Shown: piece by piece, positions 10,900 to 25,904 of the stretch | Layout of the letters: the number at the start of each line of letters is the position of its first letter | How positions within the stretch are numbered: the first letter of the stretch is position 1 | Notes under the pieces: generated by a model | Told to the model about the DNA's origin: nothing | Database searches by the model: none | The model's input: only the letters and a program-made list of their open reading frames with translations | Translations under genes and position numbers: made by a program | Assembly (NCBI GenBank): GCA_023515725.1 | Contig: JALDTO010000200.1 | Span: 612,276 to 676,275 of the forward strand | Length of the DNA: 64,000 nt | Source of the DNA: Amoeboaphelidium protococcarum X5 | Taxonomy: Eukaryota > Fungi > Aphelidiomycota | Reading direction: 5' to 3'

Positions 10900-13646
10900 A
10901 GATTATCGTATCCTTTGTTCTCCTGTAAAAATGAACTATACGTCTAACAAGATTCGTCTCCTGATGGTGAATGGCCGCAAACATATTGCCCCGCTAAAAC
11001 TGCAGCAATCCTCGGTCATCAGGGACTCCAGTCTTACTTTACATTAGAGGAATACAGCAGTGTGATTGTTAGACATGGACAATTGCCCAATCACTCCGTA
11101 AATTGCTCTTAAATGGCGCATTTTAGACTTAGCAGTCTTGGTGCCAAAGCGACGGAATAACAAAGATTCGCGTAGATACGCTCCCAAGCCGGAATCATGT
11201 GGATAGCAACCCGTGGACATTGCAGTAGTGGCTGATGCATCAATGGACGCGATAGTTTATGTAGGCCCATCAATACTATCCAGTAAAGCCACTTTCAGTA
11301 TCCCAGAGCTAGGACCGCGGTTTATTAAGATCTTTGACCATTTCGCCATCAAGTCTATGGGTTTGACGCGCTTTGGTAACCACGTAATCCTATTTCTATT
11401 TAATGTGGTTACAATGATAGAGCTTTATTATGTTGTCCTTGTTGCGAACAAGCAGTGATGTGTACATGCACGGGTACTTGCTATAAGACGTCTCCCACCA
11501 AAATCAATAGCATGCCACCAAATCCTCGATTTTAAACTTGAGTAAGACCGAATCAGACGACTCAGATAGTCAAAATACAACGCGGACATTTAACTGCATT
11601 CATCTATGATAAGTAAGTCCACATTTCAACTTAATACCCCTCTCAGCTATAGAGCCAGCCATTACCTGCAGATATAAAACTCGATAGAAGTGTTTTCAAT
11701 AAAACAGCAAATCAGTACTTATCTATTAAGCCAGCAATACTGACATCTCTTATCAGCTTGTGTAGAGCTCTTCATTCGTTTAATCCTTGTGACCCATGAA
11801 CTACACTAAAGCGCGCAGCTGCTTGCAGAGTGTTACGCAGACAAATTCTGACCAAGTTGCTAATGATGCAAACTACACAGAATAGCAACGTTATACCGTC
11901 CAACGCGACCAAGACAGCTATGCCAGGGCAAAGCAAGATGCTGCTGGTCACTGCTCCAATGTTAAGTATTACGAGCGACAGACTAACCGTGGACGCGACT
12001 TTAATCTTGATCAAATCTCATTACATAAACATTTCTTTCTTTTAGAGCAACAACCTAAAGTCCATTCTTCTCAACTTGGCAATTATATTCAGTAATCATA
12101 ACGTAAACCCCTTTTGCAGTGATCTACTTAATTGACAGAAGATAGAAATTGAGGCTTGGAACGCGCAGAACATTGGTGAACTTCAAGGCTCGTCCATCAA
12201 CACAACAGTCCAAGTTACCACCACCAATTGCTTGCAAACGACGACCATCAGCAACACCAATCCACCAGCCTTCACGCTAGACACCGGACAGCAGAGTACA
12301 ATAATTAACCATATGCATAGAACAACCACTATCTAATATCAAACAGTAGCCAGCAGACTCATAAGTTTAATCACTAACGGAAATTTCTAGTGGCTCGTTA
12401 GATAGAGAAACAAGAATAGCTGTGTGATCATCTTTGTTGATAGCACGAGAGCTACCATTCTAGCGATTGCGAATGTTTTACTATCCAGAACGAATACCTC
12501 GACGCTTTCGATCACGATAGGTGTCAAAAGAATGACCAACAGGATGCTTCAAGAACTTGAACATCCAATACAGCGCACGACAATATTTAGCAGAATGGCC
12601 AGGCTTGTTGCGCCCGAAATAATTACCCTTATAACAACTTTTACTCGCTGAGAACTATTAGGGAAAGAATGCGGCAGCATAAACAGTATTCTTAAACAAG
12701 GGCCAGCGAGATACTGTATAAGACAATTCTTATATCACCGTTAACTTAATTCCGCTATATATTATTTAAAATGACTTAATGGAACGAAATAATATCAAAC
12801 GGATCTGGAGTTTATTCCAATAGTTTAGATAACAAATTGCCTAGAAATTCGGCAGCAAATATACGAAAATTACAGTACTCCAAGTCCATCATTAGCAAAT
12901 TTTCGTCTGAACTCATCCTCCGTCGGCTCTCAAACACTCGTTTAACGGGTCTAAAGTCAGCCACAGCATTCGTATAGCTGCCTAATTTCTTAGTCATGGT
13001 TGGATTATCGACAATCAATTCTTCATTAGCAGCAAGCACCATAGCGTCCAGATCAAACTCTCTCACGCTCAGGTTAATGGTCAGTAATTTCCCTATTCTT
13101 GGTTCCAATAGCTCTTTCTATAGCATTCTCTGCAGAAATTACCTCTTGCACCGATTAAGCATTCTCTTTTAACTTGAGAACTTGCTCTATATGTAAATCA
13201 TTGATCTCGGTCCAATTAGTCGACCACATAAACTCTTGCGCGAAAGCTCTGATCGACGAAAGTCGTATGCTGATAGACATCGTAAAGATCGTGTCAACTC
13301 ATGAGAAACAGTAGTCGAAGCAATCGTTAATTCAGACAATATATTCAGTCTTAGGATCTATGCGCACATATGGATCTCTCACTCTTTCTATATTAGCCAG
13401 CAGTAAGGCAATATTGGACTTTATATAAGATACATCATTAAAATTAACGGCCAGCCTGGCGTTCTTGCGGGTCGACGTACGCTATACCGGCGACTGCTCA
13501 GAAGGAGATACAGAGGCAGAAGCAGTGGGCAGACCACTAGAAATATTTACTTGATCATTTATTGCCTACAAAAGTTTTTCGTCACTTTCTTCCGCAATCT
13601 ATCTTGCTCTCTTCGCTCTGCTTTTAGATACTCTTATTAAATTCAT
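10900..13646 (-). mobile_element. Degraded Ty1/copia retrotransposon relic
   Basis: Protease LILDSGCSMHM (12336-12310), then VADGRRLQAIGGG...NVLRVPSLNFYLLSI...NVYVM. GAG-pre-integrase-like WHSCLG lies in the same frame at ~11925. The upstream gag-like frame has TGA stops and there are weak RT-like traces near 10900-11400. No LTRs found. Confidence 0.65.
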
Positions 13647-15035
13647 GATTCACACGTAATACTTGAGGAGAGGAGGAGCGATCAACCTCATTATTGCCTA
13701 CCACCTTAGACCAACTTGGACTCTGTCATAAACGTTTTCGTCGTGGCTTCCATCTTAGCGAGAACGTCATGTAACGTCAAACTATTGATTGGTATTAAGC
13801 CAGAAAGTTCTGCATTGTTGCTAACGAGAATATTGAAACGTAACTAGTCCAGTATCCTGACATCTTTAGCGGAACATCAGACTTAATCATTCCACGCTCT
13901 CGCAGCCAGGTAATAATAAAGAAGAATTCATTAAAATTGTCTGCGATAGACTTGTTAAGATTTGTTGTCCAAGAGCTATATTGCTGAAGGTGATTACCAA
14001 CACTATCTGACGCATAAATCCGCTTAAAATACCTAGTACATTACTTCATAAATACTGTCCGTCAGTCCTATGGAGATAGCACGTTCCTTATCACAATTCC
14101 TCTTTATGATATTAATCACCGCAAGCTCGCGTCTGTGCAGCTTGCGCCACTGTTTCACCAACTTTGATTATTTCTTAATGCTGTTTTGCACGGGCCAAAT
14201 AAGCCAAGACCGCGTGAACTAAATACTATATACCTACAAATATTTGTTGATTTCAAGTTTGCTCAGCCAGACACTAAGCATCCACCAGAGATCACCAATT
14301 GACTGTCTCTATCAAGCAAAATCTAACGCCCATTAAAGCTCGAACATCAGCGTCTTCACGAATTTCCACTTGAATAGTGTGTGAAAGTGATCTTTCACTT
14401 AATATACGGTAATAACATCCAGAGATGGTAGCATGAGAAGTGATATCCAAGTGCCACTCCTGTCAAAGTCAGAAAGTTGAAGCGTCCAGGTAAGAACCAG
14501 TGCGACATTTTACCTTCAAACTAGCTTAAATAAAAGTGCATCAATAATAGTGTTGTCCCGAAAAACTTTGCAACTTGTATTCCTAATTGTACCCAGAAAT
14601 CGATAAATTAGATTGAATAATAGACAATCGACACAGCGTGTAAACATAGTCTGAATGAACTGCATAAAAGTTCAATACAGCCAGCTCAAAGGGCAATCTG
14701 GAGCAAAACCTTGCAGCAATGATCAACCGATAAGAACGCTCGAAAGAACGGGCGCCTTTTCCCCTTTCTATAGCGCAAGAAACTATTTGCCTCAAGTCTG
14801 CCTCAGAAATATATGGATACGAAATCGACAGAAAGGCCCTGCTCCCTTGGGAGAAATTTGCGTAAAGTACGTAGAGAAAACAATCCTTCAGCCCGCTTGT
14901 TAAAAAATCAGATCTTTCTCTTTTACACAGACTTGAAACAGCAACGCCATCCATAGCAATAAACATCAAATAATCAATATATTCCATTTTAATATCACAT
15001 ATATCCACTTACCTTACAACTATCCTGTAGTAGAT

Positions 15036-18000
15036 ATGCCTAAAAAATTGAATATTGGTGTAAGGCTATAGAGTAGCAGTAGTAATAATAATAAGAGAAA
15101 GAGTAAGATTAGTGCAAAGTAGAGATGGGAGATGTTGAGACACTTTGTGCAGAGAGGTTAGTATAAGTAGTCGTTCCTGAAGGATGTCTAGATGACTACA
15201 TTGTCTCGCCGTGGTGCTGGTGCTGGGGGTGTCGCTGGTAGACAATATGGACAGTTGACTTTGCCAAAGCATTTCGAGCTTGATGATGAAGATTCTGCGA
15301 GTGATAAGCTGTCCAAAATAGTGGCTCAATAAGTTTTGAAGATTCGCCATTCTCGGTAAATGTCCTAGTAGTAATAGCCTCAATTACCGTCTCAGGTAAA
15401 GTCTATGACTGCGGAGGAGATTGAATAGATTCGGAAGGATGAGTAGGCTTATATGGTTGCTCTAGGCTGCGTTCTGTTTCCGCTGCTTGATCATAAGGAT
15501 GTTTCAGCCTCCATGGACAGTCTTGATGGACAATCATAAGAATCTGGTGGTGGTGCGTATCAGTCGTTGGTTGCCAGTATCGCTAAAAAGTTTAGCTTTG
15601 GATCATCCGGCTCTAATGGTGATTAGAAAAGTCGTTAATACTCTGCAGATTCCAAGTTGACCTCGGTGTTTGTAAAGCAATTGAAGGAATCGGCCAAATC
15701 GTGGTTGAAAGAGAATGCTTCCTCTGAGTAGGAAGATTCTTCTGCCTTTGTTGATCGTATCTACTTTCATGCGCTCTTGCAGTTCTATGAGTAGGTGATC
15801 AAAAAGAATTAGAGCTAGATTGTCAGTGCTGGTACCACATATGCTGATCTGATTAACATTTTTGACTTGCGTGTTCGTAAAGAGATTGAATAGATGATAG
15901 CTGAGGCGCCTGCTGATGAGAGTCGCATATTGACGCCATTTGCCAATAAGAGTGAAGCTGCTTTTGCTCGAGTTCAATTGTTTGTAGATTTGGTAAAGGC
16001 GTGTATTGAGGATTTACAAGTTTAGGAGTTGTCTCAGGCCTCTCGCAAGAATAGACGCCATAGTAGAATGCCGTCCACTGCGCAGTCTGGAGGTAAAGCT
16101 AATCACAAACGTACCAAGAGTAAAACTAATGAGTCCTCATCCGGATCGTCTGGCAAGAAGGATAACACTGAGAATGGTGCTATTGCGGAAGTAGATGAAG
16201 TTGAGTCATTTGATACTCAACTATTGACTTAATCCAGTGTGGTAATGGCTGAACTGCTTAAAGATGTATTCATAATCAAGCGCAATTAGCATGAAAAGTA
16301 CCTGCATTCCATCACCACATCAGAGGAGGCTGAGTTGATGGTTGATGATTTCAATTAGAAGTTGCGCAGTCTGGACAGTCGTGATATGTCTGGTAGTAAA
16401 TTCTACCAGTTTGAAGTGGAGAATCTTTGTGATAATGAACCAGTGTTTTATTACTGGCGAAAGTTGGAGAAGAAGGATTTGGGAAGATTTATATCTCGTC
16501 TGGATAAGCTGTACATTCGTCCAGACTAGGGATAGGCAGAAGTCCCTGTGTAATCTGTAGTTGTCGCCCCATAGGAGGACAAGATTTAGTCTCAAAATAT
16601 GTAATAGATTAGAATCAGAGTTATTGAAGCCAAGAATCTTGCCGCCAAGAATGAAGATGTCCAATCTTCAGATCCGTACGTGGCAGTTGAGTGGGGTAAG
16701 GAGCGCTATGAGACATTTGTAGTGTAAGGCTCTCTGTTCCCCCTGTGGGATCAAGAAGTCCAGTTGGAAGTGAAAGCTCAGACCAAGAAACCTTTAAAAG
16801 TCACCGTCTGGGATAAGGATGAAGAGGGGCCAAGTGTTCTTAGTGCTAAATTCTGGAAAGACGAGGCTGATGATTTTCTTGGTCAAGTCGTGTTTGAAGT
16901 TCCTCAGTTATTGGCTGAGCTGTAGAAGTGCCAAGGAAGATTTTTCAAAAAGTGGTATCCGCTTTAGAAGAGAAGTTCTAGAAGCCATGTTAGTGGTGAA
17001 ATACACCTTTTAATTGAATTGGTGTCAGAGAGTAATTAGGGTGCTCATCAGAACCAAGATGCTCAACCAGCGGAGTCTCGCATAAGAGGATTGTCTAAGT
17101 CTAGTCTGGATATTTCTGGGTCAATTATACCACAACTTTCTAGAGAGGATGCGCATAATGTTTATCTACATTTACTTGTGAAGCTGATTGGAAATGATTG
17201 CAATAATAATAACTCATTGGTGAATAGCGGCGAGTGCCTATCACGCGTAAGTAAAGCTATCCTACAGGAGATTGCCGCCAAGTATCGTCTATAGCCGGCT
17301 TGGTGTGAGCTAGCTTTGACTTAAACCTTGGTAAAGTTTGCAACTTCTAATCAGGGTGATTTTGCTTAGATTAATTAGTTTGCTGCCATTGGTGTTTTGG
17401 TGCAGTAGTAGCCTAAATTTGAAAAGATTCTTCAAGATGGATATGACTGTTGGTCCAGCGTCAAGGTAATGGCTCCCGCTAATGAGAGCGCAGACGCTGC
17501 AGGTAATTTGATTTTTAATCCGCCTGTTGTATCTGGTGTTGGCGGTTATTTATCCTTCAATTTATACAGACAGTAGTATAATATCATGAGAATTGATCTG
17601 TTGCAGTATTGCTCCGAATAAATCTAGCATTACAAGGATTGCTTCCCAATGAATACTCCTACTGGAGCTTTAGTCAATACGTTGCTCCTGATGAATAGTT
17701 TGTATGAAAGTTCATTTAAGGGCACTGGTGTATCTGATAGCGGATTGGGTGTCAATGAAGGTGCGTAATCGAGTCAGGAGTTCTCAGTCTCGGTCACGTT
17801 TTATGATACTTTGAATACGCTGCTCAAGTCTGGAACTTTGGAGAGATTCATGAGAATCAGCGAAATGTCTAATCCTGTAAAGGACGATCCTGTTGGGAGG
17901 CTTGTAAAGTTGGCGGCTATGATCATTGAAGAAATTGATAGCGATAAATTGTATTTTGAAGAGCCTTTTGCTGCAGATATGAATATTGTCTGCCTCACAT

Positions 18001-20303
18001 CAGCGATCTATCTTAAGTATTACACTCTTGAAATGGAAAATTTTACTGCTCAGATGCAGCCGGCTGTAAAGTAGAGTAAGAAGCAGGCAGATCTGTTGGA
18101 GCATGGCACTAACATATTTGAATTATTCTATGCCGTCAAAGATTTACAAGAGAAAGTGTTGGTAAATTTAAGAAACTCCCAGGATCAGTCTGATCGTGAC
18201 CTCGCTGACACATTTAATCTACACCGCTGGTTGGCGCCTGGTATACATTCTTGGCTTATTCATTCGGAAGGTAAGTTGCTGTAATGGGTTGAGAGCTCAG
18301 TTGCCGCTGATAGATTTGAGAGTTTGAGCGGTGACAGTGGTCTATTACATTCAACTTCCGTGATTGATCTATTCTTCTGTTTGAACCAGATGATTGAGTG
18401 CTTGAATAAACTGGACTGGATTCAGGCTGGCGGTTCGATTACTGATGATAAGAATGGAGATTCAAGTGATGATGATGGTGAAATTACCATGAGAACAATG
18501 CACTGGAATCTATTCTTGACAAGGTATGCTCGCGTTCTTAATCGCGGTGTTGCAAAGTATGGTGAAATTCTTTCGGGTCAAGTCATGTAAGAGCGTTTGC
18601 AATACGTTAAAGCCTCTGGTGGTAAAGGCAATGATAATTTAGACGTTGCATTGTCTGGATTGCTTAGCCCATCCAAGAAGTTGGCCAATGCTAGTGTAAA
18701 GTCTCTGAATAACCAAGTTGAATGGCTAGCCGGAACTAAAGCCACCCAGCAACTCTGTGTGAAGGTGAACAATATTGAAGCTGCTCGTGTTTAGTTGAAT
18801 GAGACATACTCTCAGCTCAAAGTTGATGCCGTTAGTGACTGGATGAAAGCTCACACCAAAGTGAAGCAGAGTGATAGATAACGCGACTCTATTAAGGAAG
18901 CTTCTTCAGCAGGTGTATTGAGCGGGCAGATTGTTATAAAAGTGGTCGGTGCTGAGAACTTGATGCCTTGTGATGCTAATGGGTAGAGTGACCCGTACTG
19001 TGTAATTACTGTGAAAGAGCGTAATATTAGTGATTCATAGCGCGCGTCATCTTTAAATGGGTCAATTGGTGGTGTAAATCCATGGTAAAAGACTAGTGGC
19101 GGCGACTATGTGGATAGAGTTATCGCCAAGACCAAGATTTAATTTGCCACTTTGAATGTTAGATGGAATGAGGAATTCTCTACTATCCTACGCTATGCTA
19201 CTGAGTTTACAGTCACCGTGTTTGATCATGATACTTTTGGAAGAGATGATGTTTGCGGGTATCATGTATTGAAAGTGGATGCCCTGAAAGATTCTTTAGC
19301 TGACGGATTTGTGCACGATGTTTGGGTCAACATTAGTCCTCAAGGTAAAGTGTTGCTGCGAATGTAACTAGACAAATCGCAATCTATTTCATCTCAATCT
19401 GGACTTGCTGACATTGATTTCTACTTCCGAAAGTCATTCCGTGAGCTGAAGCGTTTCTCTTATGATCTCCTTGGACTTTTCAGTGAGAGTATGGGTGTGG
19501 TCGTGAAGAAGGAACTTGTAAAAATACTCAAAGACTGCGAGAAGAGAGGTTTGCAAGGCGCTGGAGAAATTGTAGGTGGATTTAAAAGCTTGTTTTCTGG
19601 TGGTGGTGGCGGGAGTTCCTCCTCTTCCCCGTCTTCACACAATGCGGCCGATAGAGCTCTGACCTCATTTTCTGATAAGGATTTGGTATCTGTGCATGAG
19701 GTGGACTCTGCAATGACACCTCTGACTGACTACCTGAATGAGACGTTATCTGTGTTAAGTCAGAACCTATATCCGCGTCTCTCTAAGGATTTACTGCGAA
19801 AGACATGGAAAGAGCTGTTGTATATATTTGAATCCCTTATGCTCCCATCTCTTTATGGAGAAGCTGTGCTGATTAGTCCGCTGAATCGCGCCAAGCCTTT
19901 GACTCAAAAATAAGTGGAGATGTTGACCAAATGTTTAGAGATCCTGAAGATGTTCTTTCACGCTGACGGATCTGAATTGGGTGTTCCAATGAATGTGCTC
20001 GAGTCAAAGATGTATAAGGAACTGGTCATGTGCTGTGAATTCTATTGGAGAGATTACGGGTTGATTGTGAAGAAATTTGATGAAGTTTTCAGCCAATAAC
20101 CTCTGCCTGGTTCATCCTTATCATCTGCACAGTAGCAATAATAATAATAATATCTTGATAGTGATGGGCTATTGAAATTGCTGAGATTACGGTCCTTTGA
20201 TAAATACACTGCGGAGATGTTTAAATTGAGATTCAAGGAGCGTGAGAGCAGAAAGAGACTTGATGAGCATGATGTTAACCGCCTTGTCAATGTCGATAAT
20301 TGA
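15036..20303 (+). CDS. Munc13/BAIAP3-like C2-MHD1-C2-MHD2 protein (~1755 aa)
   Basis: All ORF-track fragments share one frame, joined by TAR=Gln. C2 (IEAKNLA...SDPYV...WDKD...DDFLGQ...RSHVSGEI), MHD1 (HSTSVIDLF, CVKVNNIEAAR), second C2 (SDPYC...FDHDTFGRDD), MHD2 (PLTDYLNETL...FFHADG). Ends in TGA. Confidence 0.8.
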
Positions 20304-20445
20304 TTAATGATGACGAATGATGCAGTAAAAATGATGAAAATGAGATGCTGTTAATAAAAGATGATAAATATGGATTAGTAACTTCCTTTTTTACTTTATC
20401 ACCGTAGAAATAATAATTACAACAACAGTCAGCATCTTGACGCAA

Positions 20446-21939
20446 TCAAACATTACCAGATCCATACGCACCGCCGCCACCTCCATAAATGTTGCTATTA
20501 CTATTTCCACCACTGCCGCCCATATTCTACTGCTACTATTATTACTGACTAGTAGTTGCTCTTGTAGACATGCCTGTAGCTACATTCGTATTATTACCTC
20601 CCACAGTGATTGCATTCTTTGAAGATCGTCTAGAAGTTGATTACTGCTACAACTACTGCTATTGCATCGTCGCTGCCATATTACTACTACTAACACCACC
20701 GCCAGCACCGGCCAAATCCAAGGCATTACCACTTCCACCCAAAGCACCGATAGCACCAGGTACATTAGCCACAGCACCAGGCGCCCGAGTGCTTCTATCC
20801 ACCTCATTCACCCATTTGCCAACCGTATGATCCTTCTTCTTCTTCTCTGGATCCTCATTAACGTCATCCGCACTGGTCAACATCTTATTGCCTCCTCCAA
20901 GGTTACCTCCTGCACCACCACTAGACAGACCGGCCACATTTATACCAGCACCTGCAGAGCCACCAGCTTCCTTCTACGCCGCAGCTCGATCCTTCTCCAG
21001 CTTGATCAGAGTCCAGTCAAAGATGTAGTCATAGATGAATCCCTCTCGCATGAACAGATCGCGGAATAGCTTTCTCAAATACGCATAATCTGGCCTGTCA
21101 TCAAATCTTAGTGAGCGCACATAATTCAAATAGACTGCAAACTCCTGAGGGAAACCTCTGCATAGACTCTCAGTGGCCGTGGTCATCTTTCTCTCCATAA
21201 TACGGTCATACTTCTACTTCTTGGTGCCAGCTCTCAGCCCCTACCACGGAAGACTTCCCCTGCAGAAGTACATCAGCACATAGCCAAGCGACTCCAGATC
21301 ATCTCTTCTACTCTGCTCTATGCCCAGATGAGTATTGATGGACGCATACCTCGCAGTGCCGGTAAGATTCTTGTGCTCACGATACGGAATATGAAGATGA
21401 GTCTTGGGATCCCGATACTTCTTTGCCAGACCAAAATCAATAACGTGGACCTGATTACCCTTCCTACCGAGCCCCATAAGAAAATTATCTGGCTTTATGT
21501 CTCGATGGATAAAGTTCTTGGAGTGGATGTGCTCGATCCTGGAGATTAGCTGGTCAGCAAGTAGCACCACAGTCTTCAGTGAGAACTGCCTTGAGCAAAA
21601 GTTGAACAAATCCTCCAGCGAAGGCCCCAGAAGATCGATGACCATAGCGAAAAAGTCTCCCTCCACTCCGAACCAGCGCACCGACGGTATACCAAAGCCG
21701 CCAGCAAGAGCACGGTACACCCGAGCCTCATACTCCAACTGCGGATGACGAGCCCGAATACTCTCCAGCTTTATAGCCACCTGCTCACCACTACTCAAAC
21801 TAGTTCCCAAATAAATGTCACCAAACGATCCAGCTCCAATTTTCCTCCCCAATTTATACCTATTCCCAATTCTAATCTCAGTCGTGCCTCCACCCTGTTA
21901 TTACTACTATCCGGACGATGACTAGTTGGGCAACGACAT
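20446..21939 (-). CDS. HRR25: Casein kinase I (delta/epsilon, Hrr25-like) with Q/G-rich tail
   Basis: [48 protein letters not shown][TAG]GL, KK[TAG]KY. TGA at 20446-20448. Confidence 0.93.
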
Positions 21940-22430
21940 TTTCTATGCACTATAATTCCAGAGATCTAAACTTTATCTATAAAAAGTTTGATTATCAAAT
22001 TGAATACAATTATCTGCAGAAAGAAATATAATTTTTTAGAACTAACGTGACGCCACAGTGACTTGAGAAGAAGAAGAAAGGAGATTCTGCTGCTCTGTAC
22101 AATAAACTCTTTTGGCTTACACACACTTTCTTTGCGCTGAGTCAAACTGGACGAGCGAACGAACGATCGAGCGGAAGGAAAGAGAATTTCGACTTGGGGG
22201 AACGAAAAACGCGCGAGATGATGCGGTTTCTCTAACTGTCCGTGGAAGGCAGGAAGAGTCGAGAACAAATTCGACGATGATGAGGTGAATTTGCGCCTCA
22301 TTTTTTAGACAGATCTAGACTTGAAGAAGGTTCCGATATGAAGCGATATCTCAAGTGAAATTGAACAATAAAATTATTTTCTAAATAAATAATCTTGCAA
22401 TAAAATCATTCAACTGATAACAAGTCGATT

Positions 22431-23126
22431 TCAAACATCTTCAGAGGATTCAAGCTTTTCAATTTAACGCTAAATTTTACCTTTGCGTTGAGGAAGCCAC
22501 TTGAAAATGACTGATCGCTCCTGCCAATCACTGAACAAGAATTCCAGATTACAGAACAATTCATCTGTTAAAGCAGTCCATTCTAGCTACTTAAAGACGC
22601 GTATGCACTCCTGATCACAATCTTTATGTTTACTCTGAAGATTTTCTAAAATATCCAGTGCTCGCAAACCGTAGGACTCACTTTTCTCCATGGACGGCAT
22701 AACTTTACCAGGTGATCCATGCAGATATAATTATGCGAGCCGCACATTCAGCATCACCTCAATATATATGAGCTCTGCCGGAGTGACCATAGATACTACT
22801 TATTACATGACGACGAGAAGAGTGACTGTATTATAGCTCTATCCACCAGATTGCTACTATCTAGATCGCGGTGAAGACGCGGTCTGAAATGCATAATGCA
22901 ATTTGATTAGCGAGTTGGGATCTCCGCAATGTATCCTGGTGGAGTCAGATTAAATCTTCTCGCTAAATAATTCATTGATAGTTTCCAGCAGTATTTTGGT
23001 CTATGGCACAGGCCATCGTTATATTAGAGTTACAGGAATTACGGGTAACATATCAATCGGTTTTAAGCAACAATTATTGTATGATCTCAGTGCTGTAAAG
23101 GGCGGATTGAAAAACGCGAAAATCAT
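22431..23126 (-). CDS. Hypothetical protein (~231 aa)
   Basis: ATG-to-TGA ORF of 232 codons, open only under table 6. No recognisable motif. Confidence 0.55.
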
Positions 23127-23186
23127 GTTGCGAGTTGCAACACTAATGTAAAACATCCACCTAAACAACGTGTAGATTTCATTATA

Positions 23187-24041
23187 TCAATTAGTGGAAT
23201 TATCATTCAGAAAATCTTCAATGTTAGTTATTTTAGGAACTTTGCCGTTAGGTGATCTTGGTGATGACGCCGCAGATACTTCCTTGATTTTCTACTTTTT
23301 AAAAGTGGTCTATGAAACTTCTTATTCATCATCATTATCCTCATCTTTGTCTTCATCGTCGCCAACTGCAACTGGGCTCACAGAAGACTTGTCTGAACTA
23401 GAAGACTATGTTTCCTTCTACTGTTCCAGCTCTGCAATTTCCTTCGCAGTCAGAAACCTACCACCCGGACCTCTAGGCCTCTTCATAGCATGCTTGTGCC
23501 GGCTCTCATGCAAGTATGGTCGCTTGGTGTTTTGAGCTTTCAGTGCGGCTTCGTACTTTGCGCGCGCCACGCGACGTTTCAAGATTCTGTGATATTGTCT
23601 CGCATTGACGTACATTGGCTACTCGGCGGCCACCTGTGCCTGCTATCTCTAGCCTTGCTGGCCCATCATCATCTGCTATTACTAGTGCTATTACGATGCC
23701 AACGGATTGTTGAACAGTCCAACGTTCATTAGACCGGTCAACGGATTAGATAATCCTTGTGCACCAGAGACGAGACCGGCACTCAGTTGATTATTGCCTT
23801 GGTGACTCTGGTTATTGTAAAGCAGCTGATTAAGAACATTTCCCTGCTGTACCTAAGAGCCACCTCCATACTGATTGATAAATGGATACTACTGGCTATT
23901 AAGACTGTTTGTCTATTAAACTGGAAAGCCAAAGTTTGTATCATCGTTCTGCCTGCTTCTTTTCTGGGTCTATTGATCAGGACCGCCAGTTGCATCACTG
24001 CGCCCATTGCCAGATTGTTAAGAGAAAATTGATGGATCCAT
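23187..24041 (-). CDS. HAP2: CCAAT-binding factor subunit NF-YA/Hap2
   Basis: [19 protein letters not shown]...[24 protein letters not shown] in a 285-codon table-6 ORF. Confidence 0.92.
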
Positions 24042-24353
24042 TCTTACTTTCAGTATCACACAGATGCTTGTTTTATAATTTTTTCACGTATGTCTGATGC
24101 ACACTTAATTATGCCTCTTATTTAGTAAAGTGAGCAACAATCTTCCAATTGGCTATTGTATTATTACTGCGAGCAGTTGATTAGACCAAGATAAAGATAT
24201 CGAGTGGTTGGTTGGTTAGATGGTTACATCGAAAGCAAAACGTCTATAAATAGCCTACTCGTAGTTACTACTAATTAATTATGGAAAACACTTGAAAGAT
24301 TAAATTCAATCATGAACATTTATTAATGAGACACGCCGCTGATGAATTTGAGT

Positions 24354-25904
24354 TCAAATTTTACCGGTAAATGCCAGTGGCAGCCCAACTGATAGAGTGA
24401 TAATACACGCCACAAAGATGATACGCAAAAACCACACTTCCTTCACAGTCAGGCTACCTCTAATTTCTATATGAGACAGCTTATTTAGAACATTCTTTTT
24501 ATCTTTAGTATCTTCCGATATTGCATCAACTGCCAACAGGGGATCTTCATCAGTCGGCTAATCCAGTTGTTAAAATGTAAGATCGCTATGACTGCGATGT
24601 AATGTATGATCCGGTACGCGCTCGCAATCTTAAATTGGTTCACCGTCAGATATGAATGAAAGATCGTCTTCAGTGTCTACCATCTCTCCATTTTCTTCAT
24701 CATCTAATAGCCCGTCATCGCCGTGAATACTCTATTAATCATCTAGAATTAGGCATTTATTATTCTCCATTCTTAATCGTCTCTAACTTCTACTTAGCCT
24801 CACCTCGTACTCAACTTATTTAACCATTCCACGCCACGTCTTTCTTCCCCAGCATATGAGGAGAGCAAAAGCACCTACTACAATACAAGAAGACACCAAC
24901 ATCAGCACCACGAATGCTTTATGTCCCATTCGCTCTTCCAAACTCTCGTTATCAGGATTGTTATAATCATCAACGAGTGAGCCTGCCCAGATGAATACAG
25001 ACAATCCGGGCATAACTCCCAAGAGCGTAGTACACACGAATGGGATGACTTTCAGTGCATTCGGACCGCGATTAGGTGTCATTACAGCGAGCGCATACGT
25101 GGTAACTGCAAATGGTAGAACCTGGATAAATCTAAACAGAGTTGCCATCTTAAACACATGCCACCTGAATCCGAGATAATGCGCGAAATCTAAAAGGAAT
25201 TCCAGGATGCTCTTATTCTTTAGCAAATTATCAATCGTTGTCTCATCCAGATGATTATCACGCTAATTCAACTTCATAGCATACAACATGGTGCGTATCT
25301 TTCGCCGCCGTTTAAACCAGGCGCTTTTATAAAATTCACCGCTGAAATGGTTACTTTATCCATTCACAAGACTCTACTGCTTTCCAAATATAAGCCGTTT
25401 GATCACCAATCGCCCGATATAAAATCCAACAACACTACTAAAGATGATACACGCGCATACAACACCAAATGCATAGATATACGGTCGATAGAGCATACCA
25501 GCTGCCACTGACATGACACTGCATGGCACTCCAACAATAGCGATGATGACAAACGTAAGCGCATAGATCAAAAGCGTCATAATTACAGTGGCTCGCGACT
25601 CACTCTATTGCAATTTGTGAAGAAATTCCAGAATCTTGATATGATAATTCTGAGTGAATATAAGTATGACAGCGGTAATTAGAGCAGCAATAAATGCATA
25701 TCGTGATACAGTGGCAATAATCGCAAAGTAATTGACGCACGTATCTTCTTAATCATCATTATCATGATCATCAGCAGAAGCGATTAAAATATCCTACTGA
25801 TTAGATAAACTGCAAGCCACAGTATCGCCACAGTCAGATGAAGAAACCTCCTCATGTTGCTATTTATCGTCTAATTTTTAATCTGACACTACCGTAGTCT
25901 CCAT
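24354..25904 (-). CDS. TVP38/TMEM64-like (VTT/SNARE-associated Golgi) multi-pass membrane protein
   Basis: 517-codon table-6 ORF with several TM segments. VPCSVMSVAAGMLY, GFYIGR, LFRFIQVLPFAVTTY and LGVMPG...WAG are typical of the VTT domain. Confidence 0.75.
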
